Shown here in pieces: positions 45,151-57,454 of a DNA stretch of 64,000 bases (within the stretch, counting starts at the first letter, position 1; every line of letters begins with the position of its first letter). The stretch is from positions 62,001 to 126,000 of the forward strand of contig NW_027191410.1 of NCBI RefSeq assembly GCF_041146345.1. Direction: 5' to 3'. Source of the DNA: Neodothiora populina. Taxonomy: Eukaryota. The translations under genes and the position numbers were made by a program. The notes beneath the pieces are model-generated. The model saw only the letters and a program-made list of their open reading frames with translations, made no database searches and was not told the origin of the DNA.

Positions 45151-46242
45151 TCATCTGAGTGGCAAAATCTTCTGGGCTCTGACAGCCTGTCTGCAGAGCG
45201 GACACTCCTGCTTCTCGGTCAACCAATCGGAGAGGCAGGTCCAGCAGAAGACGTGGCCGCAGGTGGTAGCCGAGGGATCCTTCATGGCCTCGAGACACAG
45301 GGTGCATTTGCGCTGCTGGGGGCTGTCAATCCAGGGCAGGCGATGCGGGTCCTCGAGCGAGATGATGGCGCCGCCTGTCGAGGGTGTTGGATAGGGGGTT
45401 TGGGTCAGGAACTGGATTGTCATGTGTTTCTGCGGGGCCGTCGAGGTTTCCTTGTCGGTCTCTTCTTGTTGTTCTTTCTCGCCCAGAGATGACGCTGATT
45501 GTGGCTTTTCCTCCAGCGTCTCCCGCGCGTGCAGATATGCCTGCACAGACAGCTGAAGCACGAGCAGGACGCCCAGGAGCTCGTAGCCGCCTCTCTGCTC
45601 GGATGGCTCGAGTCGCCTGGTGAAGATGTAGCGGAGGTTCAGCAGGCGTTTGGAGATGTGGTAGTAGGCGCCGGTGAAGTAAAAGGCGGCCAGACTCAGA
45701 GCGTAGACGGGAGACGGACTGGTCAGGGTGTCGAGGTTCTCGAGGAGGTATGCCTGGAGACGTGCGGTCTTTGATCCGGCGTTGTTGCGTTTCCGCCGGG
45801 TCAGGGAAATGTCGAGTTTCGCTCTCAGCTTCCTTCGAAAGGCCGGTAGGATCTTCTGTAGCGAGTAGGGCACAAGTACGGTGCCTACAATATAGGCGCC
45901 TCTCCGCCAGACCTGCGGCAGGGTCGCTTGTACATTCAGGCCGTATTCTTCCAGCTGGACAATGTCGCAGTATTCCTCGCCGAGAGTCCTGTTCCCCACC
46001 AGGGTCGTGAGACAGAGGTACAGGAGATCGGCCAGTGTGCGCAAGTCAGTGGCGTAGGTGTGAGCGAAGCGGGCTCCTCGCAGAGTGCGGAAGACTGCGG
46101 TCAGGTGGGTGGATAGTTGGGACTGGAAGTACGTGTCTTTCTGGTGCGAGCGGATGATGTCTGGCGCCGAGGCGTGAGGGTAGGAGAAAGCAGTCGCCGT
46201 GGTCGCCTCGCCGTCAGGTCGGTCGCGGACCAGCTCAGCCAT
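45151..46242 (-). CDS. PEX10: Peroxin 10, RING E3 (intronless)
   Basis: APDIIRSHQKD, TTLVGNRTLGEEYCD, GAYYHISKRL and RING CTLCLE...CGHVFCWTC...CPLCRQ. Confidence 0.95.
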   Translation of the reverse strand: MAELVRDRPDGEATTATAFSYPHASAPDIIRSHQKDTYFQSQLSTHLTAVFRTLRGARFAHTYATDLRTLADLLYLCLTTLVGNRTLGEEYCDIVQLEEYGLNVQATLPQVWRRGAYIVGTVLVPYSLQKILPAFRRKLRAKLDISLTRRKRNNAGSKTARLQAYLLENLDTLTSPSPVYALSLAAFYFTGAYYHISKRLLNLRYIFTRRLEPSEQRGGYELLGVLLVLQLSVQAYLHARETLEEKPQSASSLGEKEQQEETDKETSTAPQKHMTIQFLTQTPYPTPSTGGAIISLEDPHRLPWIDSPQQRKCTLCLEAMKDPSATTCGHVFCWTCLSDWLTEKQECPLCRQAVRAQKILPLR

Positions 46243-46758
46243 GTTGTCGAGATGTTGTTCCCTCAGATGAGGATGTTGTCGACGTGTGGTGGAGAGGAAG
46301 CATACCGACGTAAGGTATAATGCCTGAGCTTACCGCATGCCGAGGCAGCTACTCCCCACCTTGAATAGGTAAGGTAATTAGTCACAGAACCTTGTCTGCT
46401 GTTCACCACACTTTGGTCCATGGATACTCGGTAATGGTGCTTGTCTGTTCGATAGTAGATTCTTTTCTGTGGGTTACAAATATATAGCAAATTCATTGAA
46501 TACAGAAACAAAAACACATCTTTCCGTATCAATGGAAAGAGAATGCACACGGCAGGCACGGCTTCTCAAACAGAAGGAGCCTCTTCGCATGTGCAGTGAC
46601 GTCGATGCCGCAAATTCACCATCCGCCTTCACAATCTCTCCAACTCCAATTACCTGACAAGCGCCACGACTGAAATGTATTGAGCATACCACAGAAGAGC
46701 TGCTGGCAACACTCCAATCCTCTCCGGTACAAGCATATTTACTCGAACAACCTTCGCC

Positions 46759-48420
46759 ATGAGCCTCGCCTCCGAGGCAGGCGCTCGCAGAGTGTACGCC
46801 GCCTCCTTCAGATCACGATACAACCTCAACCTCAGACGCGCTCCACGTCGCACTGGCTCCTTCACCACTGCTCGTCCGCTGCGAGAGGAACAGAAGTCAC
46901 AAGGCAAGAAGTCCGCCGGGGATGCCCTGCGCGACACCAAGATAGTCTGGCGTCCTATACCTATAGCCCTCGGTATCGCCTTCCTCGGTGCTTTCCAGTT
47001 CTACAGAGTGCAAGAGCGGGAAAAGGCCCGGATACACGAAGAGGCCGTAGCTGCTGCGGAGGAAGGTCAGCATGTATCAAGACCGCGGAGGAGAGAGCGC
47101 ATTCGACCCAGCGGGCCATGGTCCGTCCAGATCATGTCCACTCTTCCACTCAAGGCCCTGTCACGTGTTTGGGGCAAGTTCAATGAGCTGGAGATTCCAT
47201 ACTACCTGCGCGTGCCCGGCTTCAAGCTCTACGGTTGGATCTTCGGCGTCAAGTTTGACGAAATCTCCGAGCCCGATCTACACGTCTACCCGAACCTCGC
47301 CTCTTTCTTCTACCGCACCCTCAAACCTGGTGCACGTCCGCTCGATCCGAATGTCAACGCCCTGCTCAGTCCCGCCGACGGCAAGGTCATCCAGTTCGGT
47401 AGCATCGAGCACGGCGAGGTGGAGCAGGTCAAGGGCGTCACCTATTCTCTCGACGCACTCTTGGGTTCCGAGTCTCCTACCCCACCAAGCAGCGGCACTA
47501 GCACCCCTACCTCCAACATTCAATTCTCCAAGAACTCGCCTCAGCCAAGCTCTGATCGATCTCGTGTCGCCAACGAGGAAGTCATCCGAGCCGATGAGGA
47601 GTTTGCTCGCGTGAACGGCATATCATACACCTTACCCAACCTGTTCTCCGGTGCCACAGGCTCCAGCCAAGACTCTAGGACTGCTCCTTCTGATCAATCC
47701 ACCGGCTCGAAACGAAGCTCCGAAGTCGAGGTCACCGCCGATCTCGCTCAGGGAGCTCTGTACAAGCGACCCTGGTGGTCGCCCTCGGACACCCCTGCTA
47801 CCCCGACAGCGCTCTACTACCTAGTCGTCTACCTTGCCCCTGGTGACTATCACCGCTTCCACTCGCCTTGTTCCTGGGTCGTCGAGTCTCGCCGCCACTT
47901 CGCCGGCGAGTTGTTCTCCGTCTCCCCGTATCTTCAGCGAACCTTGCCCGGTCTGTTCACCTTGAACGAGCGTGTCGTTCTCCTGGGCCGCTGGAAATGG
48001 GGTTTCTTCTCATACACTCCTGTCGGTGCTACCAACGTCGGCAGTATCAAGATCAACTTCGATCGTGAACTGCGAACCAACTCCCTGACCACCGACACCG
48101 AGGCCGATCGCGCCGCTGAAAAGGCGGCCAAGGAGGGCAAGCCCTACTCGGGCTTCGCCGAGGCTACCTATGGAGGTGCGAGCGCACTACTCGGAGGCCA
48201 CGCGTTGAAGAGAGGTGAAGAGATGGGTGGCTTCCAGCTCGGAAGCACGATCGTGCTTGTCTTCGAAGCGCCAAAGGGCAGAAGACCGACCTTCGATGAG
48301 GGTTGGCAGGGCGCCAGCGGCGAAGCCGGAGACAGAATTGGTGGCTTCAGATGGACGATCAAGGAAGGGCAGAAGGTACAGGTCGGTGAGGCCGTTGGTT
48401 ATGTCCAGGATGCCGAGTGA
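46759..48420 (+). CDS. PSD1: Mitochondrial phosphatidylserine decarboxylase 1 (intronless)
   Basis: SPADG, YLAPGDYHRFHSP, VGATNVGSI and the GGFQLGST autocleavage motif. Confidence 0.95.
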   Translation: MSLASEAGARRVYAASFRSRYNLNLRRAPRRTGSFTTARPLREEQKSQGKKSAGDALRDTKIVWRPIPIALGIAFLGAFQFYRVQEREKARIHEEAVAAAEEGQHVSRPRRRERIRPSGPWSVQIMSTLPLKALSRVWGKFNELEIPYYLRVPGFKLYGWIFGVKFDEISEPDLHVYPNLASFFYRTLKPGARPLDPNVNALLSPADGKVIQFGSIEHGEVEQVKGVTYSLDALLGSESPTPPSSGTSTPTSNIQFSKNSPQPSSDRSRVANEEVIRADEEFARVNGISYTLPNLFSGATGSSQDSRTAPSDQSTGSKRSSEVEVTADLAQGALYKRPWWSPSDTPATPTALYYLVVYLAPGDYHRFHSPCSWVVESRRHFAGELFSVSPYLQRTLPGLFTLNERVVLLGRWKWGFFSYTPVGATNVGSIKINFDRELRTNSLTTDTEADRAAEKAAKEGKPYSGFAEATYGGASALLGGHALKRGEEMGGFQLGSTIVLVFEAPKGRRPTFDEGWQGASGEAGDRIGGFRWTIKEGQKVQVGEAVGYVQDAE

Positions 48421-48975
48421 GCTGCACATAATCTTCAGCAAAGCAAGAACATAAAATTGTGCACAAGCATGTATGTTACCCAGAAGACATAACCGCTGGG
48501 ACAACCACAAAATCTAGGAGGTAAGGATATGGACGGATGCACTAATGTGGCATCACAAGGAGGGGGACCCTGTCTGCCGCTCCTGTTCATAGCGCCATCC
48601 ATGGTAGAAGTGCCAACTGCAGTATACAGTACTTTTGCCTCCTGCGCCTCATGAGTTTCTGAAGTTGCTACGGACCCACTACATGGCGGCTGTCAATGTA
48701 CACGAGGTCATATAATTACCTGTATGATATAGGTGATTTCAGCACAAGGAAGGCTGCCGGGGTTTATCTGTTCCCTTTCTCCGTCCTCCGCTCCGCACCT
48801 CGCCAAGGCTCAGCCTTTCTCCAGATTCATTACTTTTGTAGGAAAAGCCCAAGGGTCCACGAACAGCAGTCTTCGACTTTTTATTGATAGGAAAAGAATA
48901 TAATTCTACACCAGCACTCCCCAGGAAGAAATACTGCCGGGTTACAAAAAAGCCAGCCATCCGGACTCAATCGTA

Positions 48976-48983
48976 CTCATCGC
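48976..48983. promoter_or_regulatory. PAC-like element (CTCATCGC = GCGATGAG) upstream of UTP6
   Basis: Exact 8-mer about 65 bp before the ATG of a ribosome-biogenesis gene. The motif is established in yeasts and less certain in this lineage. Confidence 0.35.
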
Positions 48984-49047
48984 TGTCTCGAAACGGAATA
49001 ATACTACGCACACTTGAGACCAGGCACTTGCCTCTTTGCCCTCCATC

Positions 49048-50433
49048 ATGGCGGCCGCAGCGAGCGACAAGGCTCGTTTCTACATGGAGCAGAGCGTGCC
49101 CGAACTGCAAGAATACGAGCGCAAGCAGATATTCACGCGAGCGGAGATCATGAGCATCGCGAAGAAGCGATCCGAGTTCGAGCACATTGTGAACCTGCAG
49201 CCCAAGGCGTCCGACTACGTGCGCTACGCCCAGTACGAGATGAACCTCGACGCTCTACGGAAGAAGCGCTGCAAGAGGACCGGAGTCAAGGCCACGTCGT
49301 TCGCCGGCCAGAAGAAAGTCTTGTTTATCCTCGAGAGAGCGACGAGGCGGTTCCAGGGCGACATGGGCCTGTGGATGCAGTACCTGGAATACTGCAAGAA
49401 AGAGGGCGCGCGCAAGAAGTTGTCAGACGCTTTCACCAAGTGTCTGCGACTGCACCCGCTAAAGTACGAGCTGTGGATCTGGGTGGCCAAGATGTACTAC
49501 GAAGAGCAGTCGGACATGGCGAACGCCCGAAACTACATGCAGAGAGGATTACGGTTTTGCAAGAGGGAAAAGCAGCTGTGGCTGGAGTACACCAAGCTGG
49601 AACTCATCTATCTCGCGAAACTCGATGCCAGAAGAGAGATCCTGGGACTGAAGAAAGAGAGGGCGGTCGAGCAGCAAGAAGAAGAAGACAAGACCGCAAT
49701 GGACACGGATGCAGACATGCTCGCACTCCCCGACGTCACGGCCGAGGAGCTACAGGGCGAAAAGGACGCAGACGCGGAGAAGCGCGAGGCAGAACTACAA
49801 AAAGTCGCAGAGTCTCCCGCTCTCAGCGGTGCCATTCCCCAGGTCATCTTCGACACCGCCATGCGAGAGTTCAACAACGATCCCGTGCTCGCCGAGCAAT
49901 TCTTCGATGTCTTCGCCTTATTCCCTACTTTATCTTGCACCGACAGACTGCTGCAGCACGTTCTCGACCACTTGGCCGCCAACCCCGACCGCGCCGGCAT
50001 GTCCAACATCTCTACCAGCATCTGCAACGCCAAGAGAGAGATGATCGGCACGAGTGTCAGAAGCGCCGTGGACGACGTCGACGAAGGCCAATTCCCCCTG
50101 AAGCTCGCCAAGTTCCTGAGCGCGATCAAGAAGGGAATGGGCTCATCCCCGATCCTTAATGCCTCTCTCGGAGAGAGAGCCACTCTCTTCCTGCTACCTT
50201 ACCTCGCCCACGTCGGCCACGGCGAGCTCGATGAGGACGTCGAAAAGGTCCTCAAGTCCGCCATAAAACGCTACCTGCGTCTCATCGCCGACGCCCCGGC
50301 CAAGATCGGCTCCGCGTCCGGTCCTGCCATGTTCTCCATCATGGCCGACAAGCTCGTCAAGTCGAAGAAGGTTCGGCAATCAGAAGTGCTTCTGGACTTG
50401 GCAGCAGAGGCCAATCCTGCATGGAAACGATGA
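49048..50433 (+). CDS. UTP6: U3 snoRNP-associated protein Utp6 (HAT repeats)
   Basis: DKARFYMEQSVPEL.EYE...KKRSEFE, YAQYEMNL and ARNYMQRGLRF..LWLEY.KLE. Confidence 0.92.
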   Translation: MAAAASDKARFYMEQSVPELQEYERKQIFTRAEIMSIAKKRSEFEHIVNLQPKASDYVRYAQYEMNLDALRKKRCKRTGVKATSFAGQKKVLFILERATRRFQGDMGLWMQYLEYCKKEGARKKLSDAFTKCLRLHPLKYELWIWVAKMYYEEQSDMANARNYMQRGLRFCKREKQLWLEYTKLELIYLAKLDARREILGLKKERAVEQQEEEDKTAMDTDADMLALPDVTAEELQGEKDADAEKREAELQKVAESPALSGAIPQVIFDTAMREFNNDPVLAEQFFDVFALFPTLSCTDRLLQHVLDHLAANPDRAGMSNISTSICNAKREMIGTSVRSAVDDVDEGQFPLKLAKFLSAIKKGMGSSPILNASLGERATLFLLPYLAHVGHGELDEDVEKVLKSAIKRYLRLIADAPAKIGSASGPAMFSIMADKLVKSKKVRQSEVLLDLAAEANPAWKR

Positions 50434-51652
50434 AAGTGAAGGCATGGCGCGGCTGCTGGCCGCAAGAGAGCCTACTAGCAACAACAACAACAACAACATG
50501 GGCGCGACCAGATAGTCACAACCAACAATTCTACGAGAAATGAGTTTCTCTATACATGCATTTACAACTAGATAAAAAGTACAGGATCGGTGCACCTGTA
50601 GACCGGCCAGTCGGTAGGGCTAATACTCTCACCATAACCAGCACCAAATACTATACCCACAAATTTTACACTCTACTACCTTACAATAGCAAGTACACTT
50701 GAGCACTGTCGGTCAGTCATGCAGAACAAAGACAAAAAGAAAAAGAAAAGAAAAGCCAAGCAGCTGCATTTTGGCTCCCTCGATACAAGAGAAGAACAAG
50801 CACTCAGCCCTGGGGTGCGTCGATCCCGAGTACTCGGTCTCGAGGCACCACTGTATTTACCTTTTCTGTACCTATCCCGCTCTCTGTCATAGGTAAGGTA
50901 CAGCAGGCAAAGATTCGTTCTCTCCATTTCTGCGGGCAGGTAAAGCAATCTTTCAAAGTGTCAAGACTCTTCGACCTTTCCCGGGGTCGGATGTCAGGTA
51001 CCAGGTTTTGCCTACTGGCATATCATCTTCCATAAGGTAGGCAGGCGGCCGCGGTCATATTATTGCCGGAAAGGCCGGACGTTGAGTAACGGGTGGTCGT
51101 CTACGGTACACTGACGTGAAAAAGGTTAAAAGAAGTATTGCTTAAGGTAGGTGCCTTGTGTATTAGCAGTAGTGGAATGTAAAGCAGATCGATGACGATG
51201 CGGGGAACTACAGTAATAGAGACAGACGCAGACAAAGAGAGCATGTGGAGGCGGGAAAGGCGAGAAGCGAGAAGCGAGAGGCGGGGAGGTGGGGCTTATA
51301 TCGCGCCGCAATGCGCATGCATGCATGCACTCCGCATTGGATTGAGGATCTTCCGGTGTTTGTGTTTATCGCTGGTGTCATTTAAGGAAGTAGTGTAGAC
51401 GTCTTACGGCTCGCTTTCTCTACTCAGTACCACGAAAAGCTCTGGGATCTGAAAGGAATGCGAACATGTATCAGAAGATTCGTATGGATATTGCTCCCTA
51501 AGATGAAGGATAGCGATTAGATGGATGCAGCATACACTAATGCGTGCAGTAGTGGAGCCTTGTAGAGTTGTCATGTAAGGCATGGAGTTGCTCCACTTGG
51601 GGTTTTACTATAACCGGTATCCTGTATGCGATGTGGGTGCAGGGGAGTTCAA

Positions 51653-51659
51653 TTTAGCC
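51653..51659 (-). promoter_or_regulatory. XlnR-type site GGCTAAA upstream of the beta-xylosidase
   Basis: TTTAGCC about 170 bp before ATG 51831. SYGGRG (CreA-like) hexamers lie near 51201 and 51282-51294. Confidence 0.5.
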
Positions 51660-51830
51660 AGAAGATCTGCGCCTGGGTCGTGCCTATACGTAAGTGAGGA
51701 GTAATATCTGTTTTATGCGTATAGTAAGAAAAGAATATATAAGTGAACAAGGTAGGTCGGGCTTATAGTCAGACAATACGAGCATCTGAACTCTCTGAGA
51801 TACTCTTGGATAGCCCCATCCATTCCAACC

Positions 51831-54426
51831 ATGGCTACGAGAATTGGGTTGGCTGGCTTGCTGGCTGCAGTTGCAGGTAAAGCATATGCCCAAATCCAGG
51901 GAGGCTTCCCCGACTGTCAAAACGGACCGTTGAGCAATACTACCGTGTGTGATCAATCTTCTGGTACGCCTAGACCTCATTCGGAACACATGAACCGAGT
52001 ACTCACACAGCCAACTAGATCCCCTGACGAGGGCCACTGCTCTCGTGAATCTCTTTACTCTAGAAGAAAAACTCAACAACACTGGCTACCAGTCCCCTGG
52101 CGCACCCCGTATAGGCCTACCACCTTATAATTGGTGGAGTGAAGCCCTTCATGGCGTGGCGAGTTCGCCTGGCGTATACTTCGCCAAGTCGGGCAATTAT
52201 TCCTACTCAACGAGTTTCCCACAGCCCATTCTCATGGGTGCGGCATTCGACGATGACTTGATCAGGGATGTTGCATCTGTCGTCAGCACAGAGGCGAGAG
52301 CTTTCTCCAATGCAGCCCGAACAGGCCTTGACTTCTGGACGCCGAACATCAATCCTTACAAGGACCCTCGATGGGGTCGTGGGCAGGAAACACCTGGAGA
52401 AGACCCGTTCCATGTGGCGAGCTATGTTCATGCGCTTATCGATGGCTTGCAAGGCGGTCTGTACCCCGAGACCAAGAAGGTCATTGCTACCTGCAAGCAT
52501 TTCGTCGCTTACGACCTCGAGGTTAGTATTCCCTCGTCCCTACTCATGACTTTCAGCTAACCGAGCGATCTGCAGTCCTGGAACGGCAACTTCAGGTATC
52601 AATTTGATGCCCAGGTCAACAGTCAAGACCTTGTAGAGTACTACATGCCACCATTCCAATCTTGTGCAAGAGATTCCAATGTTGGCTCGTTCATGTGCTC
52701 GTATAACGCTATGAACGGAGTTCCGACTTGCGCCGATCCATGGCTTCTTCAAACAGTACTCAGAGAGCACTGGAACTGGACCGCGGAAGAACAATATGTC
52801 ACTTCGGACTGTGATGCAATCCAGAACGTGTTTCTTCCTCACAACTACACTTCGTCGCGCGAAGAGGCAGTAGCCGGTAAGTGTGATGATGACGAGTTCT
52901 AAGAGGAAAGTAGGCCACTGATATATCCTCCACAGCGACGTTGAACGCAGGTACCGACCTCAATTGCGGAACATATTATCAGGATCATCTTCCCGGCGCC
53001 TATGCTCAGGGTCTCATCAACCAAACCACTCTTGACAGGGCCTTGATTCGTTTGTATTCTTCGCTGGTTCGCACAGGATACTTTGACGGACCCACCGCAC
53101 CTTATAGAAACCTCACTTTTGCCGACGTCAGCACTCCATACGCGCAGGGGTTGGCTTTGAAAGCCGCTACTGAGGGCATGGTCCTGCTCAAGAACGATGA
53201 AACACTGCCTTTGAGCTTGTCCAACAGCACTTCGATTGCGTTAATCGGTGATTGGGCAAATGCAACGCAACAGATGCAGGGCAACTATTTCGGTGTGCCA
53301 CCATACCTGCACAGTCCGCTATATGCGGCAAAACAGCTCGGAGTTCAGGTGAACTATGTGCAAGGACCCGGAGGTCAAGGTACGTCGCACTTCCTGATGT
53401 CTGTCTTGATGCATTCTGCTAAAACGTTGACGATTAGGTGATCCGACGACCGGATCATGGTTGCCAGTCTCGGCGGCTGCTAACAAAAGCGACATTATCA
53501 TCTACTGTGGAGGCATTGATATTTCCGTCGAAGCGGAAGGCATGGATCGCGTCAACATAAATTGGTCGCCCCTTCAACTCGACATCATCGGCCAGCTAGC
53601 AGCATACGGGAAGCCAACTATAGTCGCCCAATTCGGCAACCAGCTGGACAGCAGCCCCCTCGTAAGCAATCCTAATATCAGTGCCCTCCTATGGGGTGGC
53701 TACCCCGGTCAAGATGGTGGCGAGGCTCTGTTCAATATCTTGACCGGCAAGGCTGCGCCAGCCGGGCGTCTCCCTGTCACTCAGTATCCTGCGCACTATA
53801 TCAAGGATATCCCCATGACTGATATGACTCTGCGTCCTTCTTCGACTTCGCCGGGAAGAACCTACAAATGGTACGAGGGCGAGCCTATCTTCGAGTTCGG
53901 ATATGGCATGCACTACACCAACTTCACTGCGTCGATCGGAAGCTCCTCGACGACGAACTACAGCATTTCTGCCTTGCTTTCCAACTGCTCCGAGACTTAC
54001 AAAGACCGCTGTCCCTTCCGCAGCTTCCAGGTCAATGTTCAGAATACCGGCTCTGTGGAGTCCGACTACGTCGCCTTGGGTTTTTTAGCTGGCAGCTTTG
54101 GACCACAACCGTATCCCAAGAAGAGTCTCGTGACTTACGAGCGTCTGCATAATGTCGGCGCTGGTCAAACATCAACTGCGACACTCAATCTCACCCTCGG
54201 AAGCTTGGGACGTGTCGACGATTCCGGTAACAAGATGCTTTATCCGGGAGACTATGGCCTGATGATTGATACTCAGCCGTTGACGGTGATTAACTTCACC
54301 CTATCTGGCCAGCCGCAATTCTTGGATGAGTGGCCTCAAGCCCCGGTGCCTCGACAGCAGCCTGGAGACTATTTTGTTGGCGGATACGAGGGTTATCGAG
54401 GATATGTCGAAGAAGTAACTGTATAG
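51831..54426 (+). CDS. Secreted GH3 exo-1,4-beta-xylosidase; introns 51964..52018, 52522..52575, 52877..52935, 53380..53437
   Basis: Signal peptide, WWSEALHGVA, WGRGQETPGED, CKHF, MCSYN, YVTSDCDA nucleophile and PAGRLP. Confidence 0.93.
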
Positions 54427-55084
54427 TTATATATAGCTCTCACATGGGCAAATCCTGCATAATAAGAGCTCTTGTGATAATCTCGCGTTTGAGCTCCGAT
54501 GTAATCCTTCACATTTGCCGGTGTGACCATGATGCCACGAAGCTGTACACACTCGAAATATTCAAGCTCAATGAGTATAGCCGTAAGGTCGGATAGCATG
54601 GCGGATTGCCTCTTTGGGCATCCCGTTTAGGAAATTCTCCGCGCCTGCATCCCCGCTTTGTTGATGCCCCACATGTCTCCGCCGTACAACGCGATCATTC
54701 TTTTGGGGTAGACTCTGAAGGCTGCAGTCCATAATGATCATACCGTACTATGGCTATATGCGCTGCTGGCGGTTCAATTGACAAATCTGGACTCACCGAG
54801 AAGTGCGTTGCCGAGAGCTCCAGATCCAAGGCGCTGTTGGCCCCGGCATCGCGATGAAGTCGTCGGAAGCAGGGTACTAGCGATTGGGGAATCCTAGAAA
54901 AAGAGTCCGGCTGTTCTCCAATTACCTTTTTTTCCCTCTTCGTACTCAGGTTCCTCTGTTCATTCTTGCACCCATTGCTCAAAAGTGTCTCCGCAAGAAG
55001 ACGTTGGAATTGTGGTTTGAAGGAATAGTCTCACTTCAGTCTTTGATAGCTTTAGCTCTTTGTCATTTTGCAATTATAGCAAAG

Positions 55085-56297
55085 ATGTCACATCTTCGTC
55101 AATTGTTCACGCAGCGGCTGCTGCGCTCGAGTGGGCAGAGTATAGCCGGAGTGCCTCAGTTCCGCATGATGAGTGCTTCATCCGCGCGGTTGACTAATAA
55201 CCTGCTCACAAACACACCTCTGGGCAACCCAACAGTCCCTGGGCGCGGTCCTCCCAAACCACCAAAGGAGGAAGCTGTAAACCTCAAGGAAAACAAAGAA
55301 GCCGCGACCTTTTTGGGAACAACCAAGCGTCTCCCAGAGTTTGCATTGAATGACAAAGTGGTGCTTGTGACGGGCGGTGCGCGTGGCCTTGGACTAGTTC
55401 AAGCAGAAGGACTGCTAGAGGCAGGTGCTACAGGTATGGACATTCGCTCCGCAGCGGAATCAGTATCTCGAAGTCAGCTGATGTGAACGCAAATCATCCA
55501 GTCTATTGCTTGGACCGTCTAAGCGAGCCATCGCCCGACTTCTACCGGGTTCAGCAGCGTGCCGCTGAGGAACTGGGCACTACTCTGCATTACCGACAGA
55601 TCGACGTTCGTGATGTTCCTAAATTGAACCAGATCATCACAGAGATCTCAGACCAAGAGGGAAGAATGGACGGACTGGTCGCTGCAGCTGGGATTCAGCA
55701 AGAGACCTCTGCGCTGGAATACACCGCTGAAGACGCCAACACCATGTTTGAGGTCAACATCACAGGTGAGCCTGCCACTTCAGATGATTGTTGTTCCTGC
55801 GAGCTAACATTCGTAGGCGTCTTCATGACTGCGCAAGCTGTAGCAAAACAAATGATCAAACATGGCAATGGGGGTTCCATGGCATTCATTGCGTCGATGA
55901 GTGCGAGTGTTGCCAATAAAGTAAGTTTGAGCCAGGTTGAATTCGGATGACGTTTTGAATATCAGACTAACACAAAGTGCACCAGGGCTTGATTTGTTCC
56001 GCATACAATGCAAGCAAAGCAGGTGTTTTACAACTCGCTCGCAACCTTGCTTCAGAATGGGGTGAACACGGCATCCGTGTCAACACGATCTCTCCAGGCT
56101 ACATCGTGACGGCGATGGTGGAGGCGCTGTTTGAGCAATACCCAGAGCGACGTCGGGATTGGCCAACACAAAACATGCTGGGAAAGCTCAGTGAGCCAAG
56201 AGAGTATCGGGGCGCAGCAGTCTTCCTCATCTCGGACGCTAGCAGTTTCATGACTGGCGCAGATATGAAGATTGATGGAGGTCATACTGCATGGTAG
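55085..56297 (+). CDS. Short-chain dehydrogenase (D-arabinitol 2-dehydrogenase/sorbose reductase-like) with a mitochondrial presequence; introns 55434..55501, 55766..55816, 55921..55985
   Basis: TGGARGLG, ASMS, YNASKA, IRVNTISPG and IDGGHTAW. Confidence 0.88.
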
Positions 56298-56480
56298 GCA
56301 TCGGAGCCAAGTGCACATTCAACGTCTGAATTGACCTGCCAGGCATCAATTTATTCTGATCGGTTCAATGGTGGTATACATTTTTTGTGAAGCATCTTGC
56401 ATTCCGTTGATAGTGCGTCCTGTACTGTAGAGCGCGCCTAGTAAATTCACAACCCATGTTTGACTAGCTTAGTCGCATTT

Positions 56481-56920
56481 TCATTCGCTCGCCTCACGGA
56501 CAATCGTATATTTCTTCTGTTCGACCCCCAGCACAACTACAAGCTCATTAGAATTACTCTACCGGGAGGTTGCGAGCTGAACTTACGTCTCTGATACATG
56601 ACATATGTCAAGACTATCGCAATTGGTGCTGCACACATAGCAGACAGAACTCTTCTGAATGTGCTCTTGTATCGCTCATCCTTCGTTCGCTCGTCTTTTG
56701 GAATTTCAGGAATTGCTCGGAGCACCTGCACAGTACTCGGAGACTCGGCTTGAGGTGCTCTAGGAATACGTCCCTTGTACTCTGGAACGGGAGTGGCTCG
56801 AGGCGGTGCACGACTGGTAGAGGCGGTGCGAGAGAACAAAATTGGCGTTCGAAGACACACAGGTACATTTGCGCACGCTGACCGCGCCACGGGAATCTGA
56901 AATTGCTGAAGTGGACGCAT
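56481..56920 (-). CDS. Small single-pass, probably mitochondrial protein; intron 56537..56586
   Basis: Presequence-like N-terminus and RYK...RRVLSAMCAAPIAIVLTYVMYQR|LVLGVEQK. Intron is canonical. Confidence 0.65.
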
Positions 56921-57454
56921 CGCTAACACCTCATAGATCATCGAGGAATACAGAATTGGCAGGGCGATTCAACAAAATGCAGGTCAATATTGCAGGGTAC
57001 AAGTACTTGTTGCAGTTCAGTGTTGAAGGAAGTTGGATTTCGGCGAACATTAAGACCTATGGCTAAACTCCGATATTTCCGCATGCTGATGGCTATTTTA
57101 TTATTGCGCATCGGCTGAGCTTCCTGCCTCAGTAATACGATACCGTAAAAAAGGCTAACCCTTGGATTGCTCAGACATGAGGTGGAAAGACCATGGGCCA
57201 AGTCTAGTCACGAACGAGAACTATTTTGACGCCGCCTCAGTTGCGAGAGTGATAAGACCATCCAAGAAGCAGAATTCACCTCTGCTTGAACCACTCGTCA
57301 CGGTGAGTCGAGACTTGATATTTGTTGTTAGTGGCAAGTATAACTTTGATATTGCGTAGTTTAAACACCTGCTTAGGTCATGGGGCCATGTCATAATTCG
57401 TATTGATGTTCCTAGGATTCATTGACGATTCATCCTTGTCGCCTCCATCTCAAA

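Noticed and set aside
50706..50860. Possible intronic TPP riboswitch (GGTGC...CTGAG in an intron-like segment)
   Set aside because: Lacks the conserved CTTGATC..ATAAT..CAGCG core, and there is no thiamine gene nearby.
51831..56297. GH3 xylosidase plus pentitol-type SDR as a pentose catabolism cluster
   Set aside because: Only two genes. The SDR has a mitochondrial presequence and uncertain substrate, and there is no transporter or regulator.
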